Assembly (NCBI RefSeq): GCF_009914755.1 | Contig: NC_060937.1 | Source of the DNA: the human T2T-CHM13v2.0 reference genome, Homo sapiens | Reading direction: 5' to 3' (one strand) | Length of the DNA: 64,000 nt | Shown here: piece after piece, positions 28,580 to 46,070 of the stretch | Layout of the letters: each line of letters opens with the position of its first letter | Numbering within the stretch: the stretch's first letter is position 1 | The notes under the pieces: generated by a model | Seen by the model: only the letters and a program-made list of their open reading frames with translations | Databases searched by the model: none | What the model was told of the DNA's origin: nothing | Program-made: the position numbers and the translations under genes

Positions 28580-28974
28580 TGACAGCGGTGGCTGCTGTTC
28601 CCCAAATATTTGAGATGTTCTTCATTTTCCAGCCTGTCCTCCCACTAACCACACCTTGCCTCCACAGTTAGGTGACAGCCATGTGACCCGTCCCGGCCCA
28701 TACACTGTGAACAGATGTGACATGCTACTTCCTGGCTGAAATTGTGGCAAGCCAATGTGTCCCTCTCTCTCTCCTTCCCCTCGGTGGCTCCCATGTTGAG
28801 ATGCTGTAACCACAGCATGAAAGCCACCTGAATTTCCAGATCACCCCATGGAAGGCAGCTGCTCTAGAGGATGGTCCAGCACTCATCAGGTTTTTGTCTT
28901 TGTGGTTCACAGCCACAGAGATTTCAAGATGTCCTTGTTCCTGCAGCATAGTTTAGCCTATTCTAACAAACACA
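28580..28974 (+). mobile_element. MLT1(I/J-like) LTR nested in MIR
   Basis: 'cagttaggtgacagccatgtgac', 'agccacagagatttc...gcagcatagtttagcctattctaac'; MIR halves either side. Confidence 0.7.
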
Positions 28975-29467
28975 CTAAGCAACTCACTCAAGTTCAGTCA
29001 GCAAGTTAATGGCAGAGCTAGGATTAGAATCCAAATCCCCTGACTGACGAGTCGAGGGCCATACTTCATCACTCACCGAAGAGTCAGGATAGGCTCCACC
29101 AAACCGAATCTTAAGCAAAGGAACCAGACAGTTGAAAACGGAAACAGACAAAATGTGGACTGGTAAAGAGGCAGTACCCATGCCTTGAAGTCCAGAATTA
29201 GGAGGGGAATGGTCAGGAAGGAAAGAAGCCCCAGTGTTCAACTTTCAACAGAGGACTAGGGAGGCCGAGAGGACAGAGGTGCGATATTGTCCTTGATGGT
29301 CTCTTGTTTCCCAATTTATACATTTCCCTCAAGTTGATGACAAGTGCTCCTAGACTCTGTAACCCAGTTAGGGAGTTAAATACCCCAAAAAAGTGCCACC
29401 ATCTTTTTATTTGTGCACAGCAGCCATCAAATAAACAGGAACCTTGTGCCTCAGACCCAGATTAATT

Positions 29468-29760
29468 AATTTTTTTTTAATACGGAGTCTCGCTCTGTCA
29501 CCCAGGCTGGAGTGAAGTGGCACTATCTCAGCTCACTGCAAGCTCCATCTCCTGGGTTCAAGTGATTCTCCTGCCTCAGCCTCCCAAGCAGCTGAGATTA
29601 CAGGCGTGCACCACCATGCCCAGCTAATTTTTGTATTTTTAGTAGAAAAAGAGTTTCACTATATTGGCCAGGCTGGTCTTGAGCTCTGGACCTCAAATCA
29701 TCTGCCTGCCTCAGCCTCCCAAACTGCTGGGATTACAGGCATGAGCCACCGCACCTGGCC
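29468..29760 (-). mobile_element. AluS
   Basis: Reverse Alu, TSD CCCAGATTAATT. Confidence 0.95.
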
Positions 29761-30843
29761 CCAGATTAATTTAACACGACATAGTAGAAATTTTTAAAAA
29801 CAACAAATTGAAAAACAAAATGAGTAATTGGTTGCTAAGCAACATCAGTGCAAAGCTCTTTCTTTCCCTTCAAGAGCATTTGCTGCATCTTTATGAACAA
29901 AAGTTAGAGTACTTAGAGCAGGCATATATTTGGTGGTGCCATCAACAGATACCAAACGAATTTTTCCTAAACACAGCATACTGCACTGCGTCAAGCACTT
30001 CAGAGTTCTGAACGGCTACCCCCTGTCCATAGGATGACGTTGCCTGTTCTGAATACTCATTTTTCTTTGTACAAACAGGTTAGATGGCCATCTTTTGGAA
30101 GTAATCAAAATAAAACAGGAGATTTTGCAAAGTCATGCAAGGACTAGAGGGGGTTAGCTGTGACCTGTCTAGTGTGAGACCCTTTGTCTGGATGCCAAGC
30201 AGCTCAAGCTAAAGGTTAGCCCCTCTTTCTCTTATCCCTTCCTGGAAAATGGATGTTTTGCTCCTGAACTGGCCTCTCTAGATGCAGACACTCACTCAAA
30301 TGTGAACCAAAAGCAAAGCTAACAATGAGCTGAGGGACCACATTTCCAGGTCTGTCTAGACGACTGTCTGCTGACTCACTGGGGCACACGGCCTCCTGCA
30401 TTGCCCTGCCTTGTTGCCCCTTTCCCCTCCTGCTTTCAGTTTGGCCTCACCCACTGGCCCTGACATGTACCACCACATCTCTTACCTAACATCTATTTTA
30501 GACTCAATTCCCCTAATCAAGCTTACCAAAATCCTTAGAACTCATTTCTTGCTGTTTTCTCCCAGCTCCAAACAACAGGGCACCTTTCCTAGCAGCAGGA
30601 CACCGACGCACTCTAGGAAGTATCATCCAATGTGCAGCTGCCCGACGGACGCCACTTGACCCAAAAGGAAGCAGACAGCAGAATGGACTCTGTAAGCATT
30701 TCCATCAGGGATACAGAAAGTTGCTCATCCCAGAGCTCTTAAAGCACCTGTTATGTGTAAGACACTGTTCAGAGCTGTGGATATTAAAAAAAAAGAAACA
30801 GTTTGATTTTTGAGGAAATAAGACTAACACAAAAGAAGGCAGT

Positions 30844-31748
30844 GGGGAGGAGCCAAGATGGCCGAATAGGAACAGCTCCGGTCTACAGCTCCCAGCATAA
30901 GCGGCGCAGAAGCCGGGTGATTTCTGCATTTCCATCTGAGGTACCGGGTTCATCTCACTAGGGAGTGCCAGACAGTTGGTGCAGGTCAGTGGGTGCGCGC
31001 ACCATGCACAAGCCGAAGCAGGTCGAGGCATTGCCTCACTCGGGAAGCGCAAGGGGTCAAGGAGTTCACTTTCCTAGTCAAAGAAAGTGGTGACAGACGG
31101 CACCTGGAAAATCGGGTCACTCCCACCCGAATACTGCGCTTTTCCGACGGGCTTAAAAAACGGCGCACCAGGAGATTATATCCCGCACATGGCTCGGAGG
31201 GTCCTATGCCCACGGAGTCTCCCTGATTGCTAGCAGAGCAGTCTCAGATCAAACTGCAAGGCGGCCTCGAGGCTGGGGTAGGGGCGCCCGCCATTGCCCA
31301 GGCTTGCTTAGGTAAACAAAGCAGCCGGGAAGCTCCAACTGGGTGGAGCCCACCACAGCTCAAGGAGGCCTGCCTGCCTCTGTAGGCTCCACCTCTGGGG
31401 GCAGGGCACAGAAAAACAAAAAGACAGCAGTAACCTCTGCAGACTTAAATGCCCTGTCTGACAGCTTTGAAGAGAGCAGTGGTTCTCCTAGCACACAGCT
31501 GGAGATCTGAGAACAGGCAGACTGCCTCCTCAAGTGGGTCCCTGACCCCTGACCCCCGAGCAGCCTAACTGGGAGGCACCCCCCAGCAGGGGCACACTGA
31601 CACCTCACACGGTCCGGTACTCCAACAGACCTGCAGCTGAGGGTCCTGTCTGTTAGAAGGAAAACTAACAAACAGAAAGGACATCCACACCAAAAATCCA
31701 TCTGTACATCACCATCATCAAAGACCAAAAGTAGATAAAACCACAAAG
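30844..31748 (+). promoter_or_regulatory. L1 5' UTR internal sense/antisense promoter, CpG-rich, YY1 site
   Basis: YY1 motif CAAGATGGCC at ~30854; many CpGs retained in the first ~500 bp. Confidence 0.85.
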
Positions 31749-32765
31749 ATGGGGAAAAAAACAGAGGAAAAAAACTGGAAACTCTAAAAAGCAGAGTGCC
31801 TCTCCTCCTCCAAAGGAACGCAGTTCCTCGCCAGCAGCGGAACAAAGCTGGATGGAGAATGACTTTGACGAGTTGAGAGAAGAAGGCTTCAGACGATCAA
31901 ATTACTCCGAGCTACGGGAGGACATTCAAACCAAAGGCAAAGAAGTTGAAAACTTTGAAAAAAATTTAGAAGAATGTATAACTAGAATAACCAGTACAGA
32001 GAAGTGCTTAAAGGAGCTGATGGAGCTGAAAACCAAGGCTCAAGAACTACATGAAGAATGCGGAAGCCTCAGGAGCTGATGTGATCAACTGGAAGGAAGG
32101 GTATCAGCAATGGAAGATGAAATGAATGAAATGAAGCGAAAAGGGAAGTTTAGAGAAAAAAGAATAAAAAGAAATGAGCAAAGCCTCCAAGAAATATGGG
32201 ACTATGTGAAAAGACCAAATCTACGTCTGATTGGTGTACCTGAAAGTGACGGCAAGAATGGAACCAAGTTGGAAAACACTCTGCAGGATATTATCCAGGA
32301 GAACTTCCCCAATCTAGCAAGGCAGGCCAATGTTCAGATTCAGGAAATACAGAGAATGCCACAAAGATACTCCTCGAGAAGAGCAACACCAAGACACATA
32401 ATTGTCAGATTCACCAAAGTTGAAATGAAGGAAAAAATGTTAAGGGCAGCCAGAGAGAAAGGTCAGGTTACCCTCAAAGCGAAGCCCATCAGACTAACAG
32501 CAGATCTCTCAGCAGAAACCCTACAAGCCAGAAGAGAGTGGGGGCCAATATTCAACATTCTTAAAGAAAAGAATTTTCAACCCAGAATTTCATATCCAAC
32601 CAAACTAAGCTTCATAAGTGAAGGAGAAATAAAATACTTTACAGACAAGCAAATGCTGAGAGATTTTGTCACCACCAGGCCTGCCCTAAAAGAGCCATGA
32701 AGGAAGCGCTAAACATGGAAAGGAACAACCAGTACCAGCCACTGCAAAATCATGCCAAATTGTAA
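31749..32765 (+). pseudogene. ORF1: L1 ORF1p, disrupted
   Basis: ATG at 31749 followed by an early frameshift, TGA at 32077-32079 and a frameshift near 32697; fragments match ORF1p (MENDFDELREEG.., RPNLRLIGVPE, REKG, ARREW). Confidence 0.95.
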
Positions 32766-32813
32766 AGACCATCGAGACTACGAAGAAACTGCATCAACTA
32801 ATGAGCAAAATAA

Positions 32814-36654
<3,841 letters not shown>

Positions 36655-37800
36655 ACAATGAGAACACATGGACACAGGAAGGGGAACATCACACTCTGGG
36701 GACTGTTGTGGGGTGGGGGGAGCGGGGAGGGATAGCATTAGGAGATATACCTAATGCTAGATGATGAGTTAGTGGGTGCAGCGCACCAGCATGGCACATG
36801 TATACATATGTAACTAACCTGCACATTGTGCACATGTACCCTAAAACTTGAAGTATAATAATAAATAAATAAATAAATAAAAAGAAGGCAGCACAGGCTA
36901 TTCATTTCATCCGATTCTGCCTTTATGAACATATTACAAGAGATAAGGAGGCCAGGGAAAGGGGGCAGAAGATAACTTTAGACTTGGTTAACAGCAGATT
37001 CCAAAGGGCAGTCTTGTTGATCAGGAGGAGGGGCAGGGCCACTTTCAGAAGAGCCTCCTAGAGGCCCGTTCAAGGTCATTGGCAGAAACCGGGACCTGCT
37101 TACCCTCCTCCTTCGCATGTCCTCTGTGCTACTCCCTCCCAGTCAGGATCGCAGAATGTTTTTTGAGATTGAATTCTTACTCCCATTACTCTCACCCCTG
37201 CTAGAATCTGCCTGTTTATTGCCAACACCTGAGCCCCACCTGCCACAATTCCTTTCCCTCTGCCACATCTAGCTTTGGAGCTGGCTGGCCCACTTTAGCT
37301 TCATGACCTGAGCACATTGCCTCCCTCCCCGCCTCATGTTCTCGCCCCCAAAACTTTTCCTGAGCCCATACTATTTGTTAGGAACCAAGCTTGGAAACTC
37401 TGGAAACACAAAGACAGAAGAAAACATTGTCCTTTTCCTTAAGGGATGTACCATCCAAAACAGGCAACCAACATAGAAAGTTCTAGGTCCAACTGAGGCG
37501 AATTTCGGTAATTTGAGTTCTCCAGGGTGGGCACTACATGAATGGCAACAGGTGAGTTTCTTCAGTTCATCTCAATTGAATCTGGTGCAGGGATTTGCCT
37601 ATGAAGCAAAAAGCTTCCCACTGAGCAAGTTCAGTTACTATAACATGCTTCAAAAGGACAGTGCTTGAACTTCTTTGCTTAATCCAGTCTTCTTTGCATA
37701 GAGCATTGCTAGGCACTGAAAACAAGCTCATTAAAGATGTAAGAGTTGAAAGGTAATTAATTCGAAGGACCAGTGCTGCTTCTGCCTCTCCTCATGCCCC

Positions 37801-37802
<2 letters not shown>

Positions 37803-37832
<30 letters not shown>
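37803..37832. repeat. (CA)n microsatellite
   Basis: Pure CA run. Confidence 0.97.
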
Positions 37833-37834
<2 letters not shown>

Positions 37835-39079
37835 TCCAATTTCCATTTTTCATGCAATGTGCTTTGTAAATGTCAAGAGCAATGCACAAACAACAAGTAT
37901 TGCTATTATGTCCTGCTCCCCTCCTATTCCTTGTAGAAGAAGATGCCCTGGTCATTATAGCAACCTGTGCTGCATAGCTCTTCTCCTTCACCTCCCCACA
38001 CTGTCATGGAAGTGAGATCAACTAACATCCCTGGCAAAAATAAAGCCAGAGCTCAGTGAAAGAGCTGTGCCTTCATCTCAGTACTGCAAACTTATGTGCC
38101 CCTGAAGCAGCTTATTTTCTGTTTCTGATGGGTGTGCTTGTGAGTATAAACCTAAAATGTTCACAAAGTCAAGGCAGATTACATCCTTGGCTTCCTCTCC
38201 ATCAATCAGGCTTGCCACAATGTCCCTGAAAAATTAAATTGGTCTGCCAGGATTTATACTTTATGAGGTCTCATATTATTGCCCTAGAATCTGTTCTTCT
38301 CAAGGGACTTCCAGATGCATATGATTTTCTTCAACACTTCTCCAGGTATAGAGGTGCATCTTTTAGGATCTTCTCTTCCATGCTGAAATCTTGCAGAAAC
38401 CAGAGTTCCCTTTTGACTGATTTAGTAGGATAGGTTCAGGCATGAAGGCACTGCCTGCATTGTATAGGATAGTGGTCATACAACAGGAAGTCATGACAAG
38501 TGGCATGCTTTTGGGATAATGAGTTAATTGTTGAATCTGAGCTTTTAATTCTAAAGTTGATAACTAATAAATAGAAAGTTTGCTCTATTAAAACAAGTCC
38601 AATTCTGAGGGCAGCCATCTCCTTAGGCAGTCAAGTAGATGGCCTGGATGATTCTAAGAGCCCACCCAGTCACACAATAAAGACTGCTGAAATAAATGCC
38701 ACTTGAAGAACAGCAAACAGTATGCCCTTTTGTTTTTAGAATCCTAGAACCAATCACAGTTTCTAATAGCATCTAGCTCTGCTAATGTTCCTTCTTAGAA
38801 CTTCTAAGTTCTAAATACTTTCATGTGAGCACTTTCAGCAAGAGGAAAGTGCTTTTCAAATGGCTTTTTTTGGCAATTGATGTCAAATATAAATAAATTC
38901 CTTATTGACAACTCTAGAGTTTTGTTTTGTGGTTGGTCTCTAGACTCACAACGAAGTTCAAAAATATTTTTGAAACAATTGAGAATTCTAAAATTCTAAT
39001 AGTTTCCTGATTGCTGCTTTCCTGTTGCACTCTAAGTTTTCCTACATTAAAACATATTATCCAAGCAGCAAAAGTTCCT

Positions 39080-39670
39080 GTATCAATCAATAAGCATTTG
39101 CTGAGAAGTTTCTATGTACTAACACTGTGAGATTAGCAGGGGAAAATACAAAAGAATTCTATGACATATCTGTCCCTAATAAGTTTACTGTCTACTTGAG
39201 AAACAAAATTGACCAATGGACAAATTTAAGAACATTTAACATTTAAACTCTGCATCCCAGTCACAGACATAGTAAAAGGTGAAAATGGACAGTACATTGA
39301 AAGCCAGACAGGACTTGGAACAGACAATGAATTTCTGCATTTCAGGGCCTTGGTCTTGCAGTTTCTTTCACCAGAGAAACCATCCTTGGCACACTCTCAA
39401 AATCAAGTTCAAATGCCCCCTCATCCATGAAGCCTTCGCCAGTGTTCTTAGTTGGCATTAATTGTTCCCTTTGCCAAACTCCGAAGTTGCACTTTGCTTG
39501 TAATTCTGTTAACATCATTACTTAATTCTGCTTTAATTTATAGTTAACTAGCAAATATCAGCCTTCCTTAATGAGCTTCTTGAAGGCGTAGATTGAGACC
39601 TCACCCTTGGATGCTCCCCCAAATCAGCACCTTGTTGCTGTTTTATCTGTGTTTAAAAACATTTGTTGAC
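39080..39670. mobile_element. L2 fragments (both orientations)
   Basis: 'caatcaataagcatttgctgag' (minus 3' end) and 'tcaagttcaaatgccccctcatccatgaagccttc' (plus). Confidence 0.6.
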
Positions 39671-40768
39671 ATTATTTAATTTTGCCATCATATCGAGATT
39701 ATACTTTCATATAATAATTTATGTGCTGTTTTCATGTTAGTTTGGTATCTTCCATGGGAGTTTTCAAGTTGAACTAAGATATATATAGTTTAATATACCA
39801 TCTATCATTAAATTATATCATACCCAGATTTTTCATAATGCATTCCTTTTCTCTACGTGTTATACATCAGATTTTTTTCTGTAAAATAGAAATTAACTCA
39901 GTCCAAAAACTATAATATCATTTCAATAAGTTAACTTTTTTGTCTTCATTAACATTCTCATTTGGAACAAGAACTTGGTGAAGCACAAGGAAGCTCTTAA
40001 ATCATATGCAACATATTTAGAATATTTTTAAAGTGCTTTCAGTTGTTATATTAATATTAGCTAACATTTATTATATACGTATTGGGTGTCAGGCACTGTT
40101 AAGCTCTTATATAAATTAATAATTTCTTACAAAAATCTAATTTCCAATATTTTGTTGCTGTCATTAGCTATGTTATCCTCCTTGTCCTTGTGAGCTTGTC
40201 TTTCTTTTAAAATTCCTTTCATTTAATTTTAATGTGGTTTCAGAAAGGACAAAAATTGATGTTTGTGCTTAATTGGCCTTAGCCTGGCTAGAACCCAGTG
40301 TTTATTTCAAAGAAGGCATTTTAGTACAATGGTCAAGAGAGCAGGCTCTGGGGTCAGACTGCCTGATTTTAAATCTTAGTTCTAAAAATTATTAGCTGTG
40401 AGACACTGTGTAGAAATAAAAAGAATTTAAAATAGCTTTAATCTCCTCAGAGAGATAAGAGAAGTTTGCAAGAGATAAGAGAAGTTTGCAACCCGAAACA
40501 ATAAAAAGATGCCATTTTTAGAAGAAGAGAGAAGAAGGAAGAGGAAGAGGAGGAGATTCAGAAAACAAACAAAAACAAAAATGGTTCGTGGAAATTAAAA
40601 ACATGATTGCACAGATTAAAAACTCATTGAAGTGTTGAGAGATAGGAGTAAGGAAGTTTCCTAGACAATGATGTAGAAAATATAAAAGAAAAACCAGAAA
40701 AATTAGAAGACCAGAAGTTTAATCTCAAATAAAAGAAATTTCAGAAAAAAAGAATAAAATAGATGAGT

Positions 40769-41065
40769 AGCTGGGCACAGTGGTTCACATCTGTAATCCC
40801 AGCACTTTGGAGGCTAAGGTGGGTGGATCACTTGAGCCCCAAAAGTTTGAGACCAGCCTGGGCAACATGGTGAAACCCCATCTCTACAAATACAGAAATT
40901 AACCAGGTGTGTGGTGGTGCACACCTGTAGTCCTAGTTACATGAGAGGCTAAAATCAGGCAATCACTTGAGCCCGGGGAGGTCCAGGCTGCAGTGAGCTG
41001 AGATCAGGCTATTGTACTCCAGGCTGGGTGACAGAATAAGACCCTGTCAAAAAAAAAAAAAAAAA
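40769..41065 (+). mobile_element. AluJ followed by GGAA/GGGA simple repeat (41066-41122)
   Basis: Full Alu dimer with poly(A). Confidence 0.93.
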
Positions 41066-41506
41066 GAAGGAAGGAGAGAAAGAAGGGAAGGAGGGAGGGA
41101 GGGAGGGAGGGAGGGAGGAGAAGAAAATCGTCAATGACCTACTACAAGAAAATAAGCAGATCCAAAGGGTGTGAATTTTCTGATGCAGAACCCACCCAGC
41201 AAGTACCCAGAACAACAAAGATAGATCTACCACAAGGCACATCACTGGGAAATTTCAGAACATAAGAGTAATAGTAGATTCTGAAAGTCTGCAGAGAGAA
41301 AAGAATAGATCACATGCAAAAGATCTGGAATCAAATGGCTTCAGAACTCTCTACAGTAATATTGGAAGCAAGAAAACAATGGAGCAATGCCTTCAAAATT
41401 CTAAAAGAAAATAATTACTATGATATCTAATTTAGAAGGCTATATGAGGCAAATTATCAATGGAAATACATTCTTAGAAATGCAAAATCTTTACCTCCCA
41501 TGTACT

Positions 41507-42516
<1,010 letters not shown>

Positions 42517-42829
42517 CACTCTTTCTAGAAAGCTCCAGGAGGATGTGTTCCAGTAAAATGAGGAAATAAATTCAGAAGAAGGAAGACATGCAGGTAAGGG
42601 GGAGCCGGCAGAAGGATGATAAACACAGAACCCTGATTATCATTAAGTGCCAGTCACAAGTCAGTCCATATTGAAGCAGTGAGACACAGGAGCCAGGCTC
42701 ACTGAGAGCTGTCATCACCAAGATGCCACTGCTTTCTACCCTGAGCCCAGAATAGCTAGGTGAGCCTAGCACAGATTGACCAATTAAACACACACACACA
42801 CACACACACACGTGTACATGCACACACCT

Positions 42830-43045
42830 ATTTATGTAGCATGTCCTATGTGTAAGGCAATGTTCTAAGTTCTTTACAAATATTAACTAATTTATCCTTT
42901 AACTAACCCTACTAAGTAGGTATTATTATTGTCCTCATTTTACAGACAAGGAAAATGAGGTACAGAGTAGTCAAATAGCCCAATGGTCATGGAGAGGCCA
43001 AATTTCAAAAGCAGACAGGCTGGCTCCAGAAGCTCTTAACCACAG
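42830..43045 (-). mobile_element. MIR
   Basis: 'gtaggtattattattgtcctcattttacagacaaggaaaatgagg'. Confidence 0.8.
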
Positions 43046-43783
43046 ATTCTTATTGGGTACTCGGATGATGAAGGCTCTGCTCTTCCTTTGAAAACTGCTG
43101 CCTGGATTAGCTGGGGAGGCTCATTCACCACTCCTAGGAGTCTGAGAGAGCCCACAATGAGCTTAGAAGCAGAAAATACAGAGCAGCCAATGGCTCCGAG
43201 CCTTCTTCTGCCTATCATCCAATACCTGCTCCACACAACAGCCCTGTCAGGTGCCCCGAATGTCCTGAGCCCAGGTCCCCAGGACACACTCAGTGCCTTG
43301 CCTTGACTTCCCCAGAGGGCTCTTGTAAGTTCTTAGGCAAGCTGAAGCCCTACTATGACCCAGAGATCAGCTTATTTTCTTCCAGGAGCCTTCATCTGAC
43401 AGTGGCAATGCTTTCCCTTTCTTATGACACTAGAGGTGTACTTGCTGCTCAGTTTTTCCAAATAAATATCACTAGGGTTACTTACTCATGTGATAACACT
43501 ATAAAGAAAAGCAAGAGTGTGATCAGCATGAGTCACAGTTTTAGTTACCTCTGGGGGAAGAGAACAACGAACTAAGAGAGGAGCAAACGGGCTTCCACAA
43601 GACCAGGACTGGGGATGTCCTGTGTCTTAACCCAAGTGGTGGGTATATGGTGTTCATTTTATCCTCATCCTTTAAACTGCACCTATATATATTTTATACA
43701 TTCTTCTATGTGAATGGTACATGCCACAGTTTTTAAAAATTAAAAATAAGACACCTGGCTCAGGGGTCTGAATACATGAGGCC

Positions 43784-43910
43784 TGTCTCTCCTAGAGAGG
43801 CTAGGGTTTGTAAGGGTTTGGGAGTGGGCTGAAGTGTGGAGATAGTTGATTGGGTGCAAGGTGAAGTCAGGAGACAGAGAGATGGAGAAAATGTATTTCC
43901 ATGCTAATTC
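43784..43910 (-). mobile_element. Isolated internal LTR26-like fragment
   Basis: Aligns by eye to ~49908-50038 of the LTR at 49781-50342. Confidence 0.75.
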
Positions 43911-43958
43911 TCTCCTATTCTTATGACTTTAGACAATTCGCTTCTCCCCATGAGACCC

Positions 43959-44332
43959 TGTATTAGTCCATTCTCACAGTGCTATGAAGAAATACCCGAG
44001 ACTCATTTATAAAGAAAAAAAGGTTTAATTGACTCACAGTTCCACATGGCTGGGGAGGCCTCAGGAAACTTACAATCATGGCGGAAGGCAAATGAGAAGC
44101 AGGCACCTTCTTCACATGGCAGCAGGACAGAGTGAGTGCAAGCAGGGGAAATACCAGATGCTTATAAAGCCATCAGATCTTGTGAGACTCACTCACTATC
44201 TCGAGAACAGCATGGGGGAAACCGCCCCCATGACCCCATCATCTCCACCTGGTTCCACCCTTGACACATGGGGATTATGGGGATTATAATTCAAGATGAG
44301 ATTTTAAGTGGGGACACAGCCAAACCATATCA
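43959..44332 (-). mobile_element. THE1(D-like) solo LTR in MIR
   Basis: 'tgtattagtccattctcac'...'gccaaaccatatca'; TSD GACCC. Confidence 0.92.
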
Positions 44333-45352
44333 GACCCTATTTCCCCAATGGTCAATGAAGACCATTTCTCTTCTGCCCACCTCAGCAGTGATGAGAGATG
44401 AAATGAGACCACATATTTGAAAATGATTTGTACGCTGCAAAGTGATTTCTATGCAGCAGTAATGATTATTATGGCAAGAGCCGCTTTGCTAAGGACATCT
44501 GCACATACAGGGATCCCCATTTTAGGGTCAATGTGTCACATTCCTCATGTGCTTCCCACATGCTGTTATCTGGCTCTTTGCTATTCTTAGATTCTCTTTG
44601 ATTGCATCACAAATATTTGTTCTCTCTTGGGAATAACTGAACAAAATGAAATTCTGCCATCAGCTGCTCTCACTGGAGAGAAAGCACAAAATGTATGTCC
44701 TTAGGCACACTGCATCCAACAATAACCTTCGCTGCTGCTTCTGATCAGTATGGAAAGAATCGGCCAAAGCACCTGTGAACAGGGTCAGCCTTGTCCACAT
44801 AGCAACGTACTTGAGTGTCAGCTCTGGGAAGAACTTGGAGCATCACTAAGAACAGGAGATGCCTCCTGAAGCCCGTGTATAGGTCTGGTGCATATGCTGG
44901 CCCAGAAAAAAATCATTTTTAGACTATGTTTCAGGTTCAAAGCAAAACTTCATTTTACAAAGAGAAGAAACTTCAATGGTCATCTAAACTGCCAATACCC
45001 TTGGTAAAAGTCTCACCGATGAGGCCTTGGCAGAGAGATTCCAATGTATTTTTCTTTTTCAGATGGACTCACCTGTGAAAGGCACTGGTATGTCCCAGAC
45101 CAAAGTTCTTTGTCACCCAACTGTGGGATGTAGAACCATCTGTTCTGCATCACAAAAGGACACAGCACATTTTATTTTCATGGCACTTATTCATTGAGCT
45201 GTTTTCAGCTTCTTAGAGTACAACAGTGCTATGATAACTCCACAGACCAAGATAAATCAAGTTAGCGTCAATCCCACAAACCAAGTAAAAAGGCTAATTA
45301 ATGTCCAGTAACCCAATCCATCAGCTCTATCATTTGACTATTTTGCCATTAC

Positions 45353-46002
45353 TGATACAGAATAACTCGGCTCCGGGCTAAATCCCACCCTTAGGCCTTG
45401 AACCGTGCCCCTAAGTGAAAACAGGTAACCTCATTTTTTTCACCCCCAATGTTGCCTTTTTGGCCTGCCATGCCCCATCCTGTGCCCAGAAAAAGACTTC
45501 AGCTGGCAGAGCAACATAAGCAGCTGAGCTGTGGGGATACAAGTGGCTGAGTAGTGAGCAGAGAAGCAACTGAGTGTCAGAGACTATGGATAGACATGGC
45601 TAACTTCAGAAGGTGCCGCTTCAGGGAATGATCACCTTCTTCCTGCATCATCCCCTTTCCACCTCCCCATTGCACTGACAGCCACTTCCATCACCCAATA
45701 AAATTCTCTGCATACACTTCCCTTCAATCCATTTGTGTGACCTCGTTCTTACTAGATGCTGGACAAGAACACGGGTGCTGAGAGGGCAGGGGCTGGGATG
45801 CTGCTGTGGGAACTGCACAGAGCCTGCTCCTGCCAGAGAGGAGCGACTGACTAGTTCCAGCATTTGTTCCCTCTGGTTCCCACATTTGCTTGCTCATAGG
45901 CTCCCTCTTACAAGAAGTAACCAGGGGCAGGCTGAGTGAAGTAAGTAACTCCAGTTCCCACCCCTCAAAGAGGGTCGAAGTCAAGGGAACTATCCTGTAT
46001 CA
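45353..46002 (+). mobile_element. ERV1 solo LTR (LTR27-like)
   Basis: TG..CA termini, TSD TTAC, AATAAA at ~45697. Confidence 0.87.
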
Positions 46003-46070
46003 TTACCAGAGTGTTACTCTTCTGATATGCACCAAAAAGAAAGATGGAATGGGAACTATTTTTTAGAGGT

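Noticed and set aside
36708-36732. G-quadruplex-forming tract
   Set aside because: Standard L1 3' UTR feature, not novel
37540-37560. Strong donor 'acag|gtgagt'
   Set aside because: Isolated; no convincing upstream acceptor or reading frame
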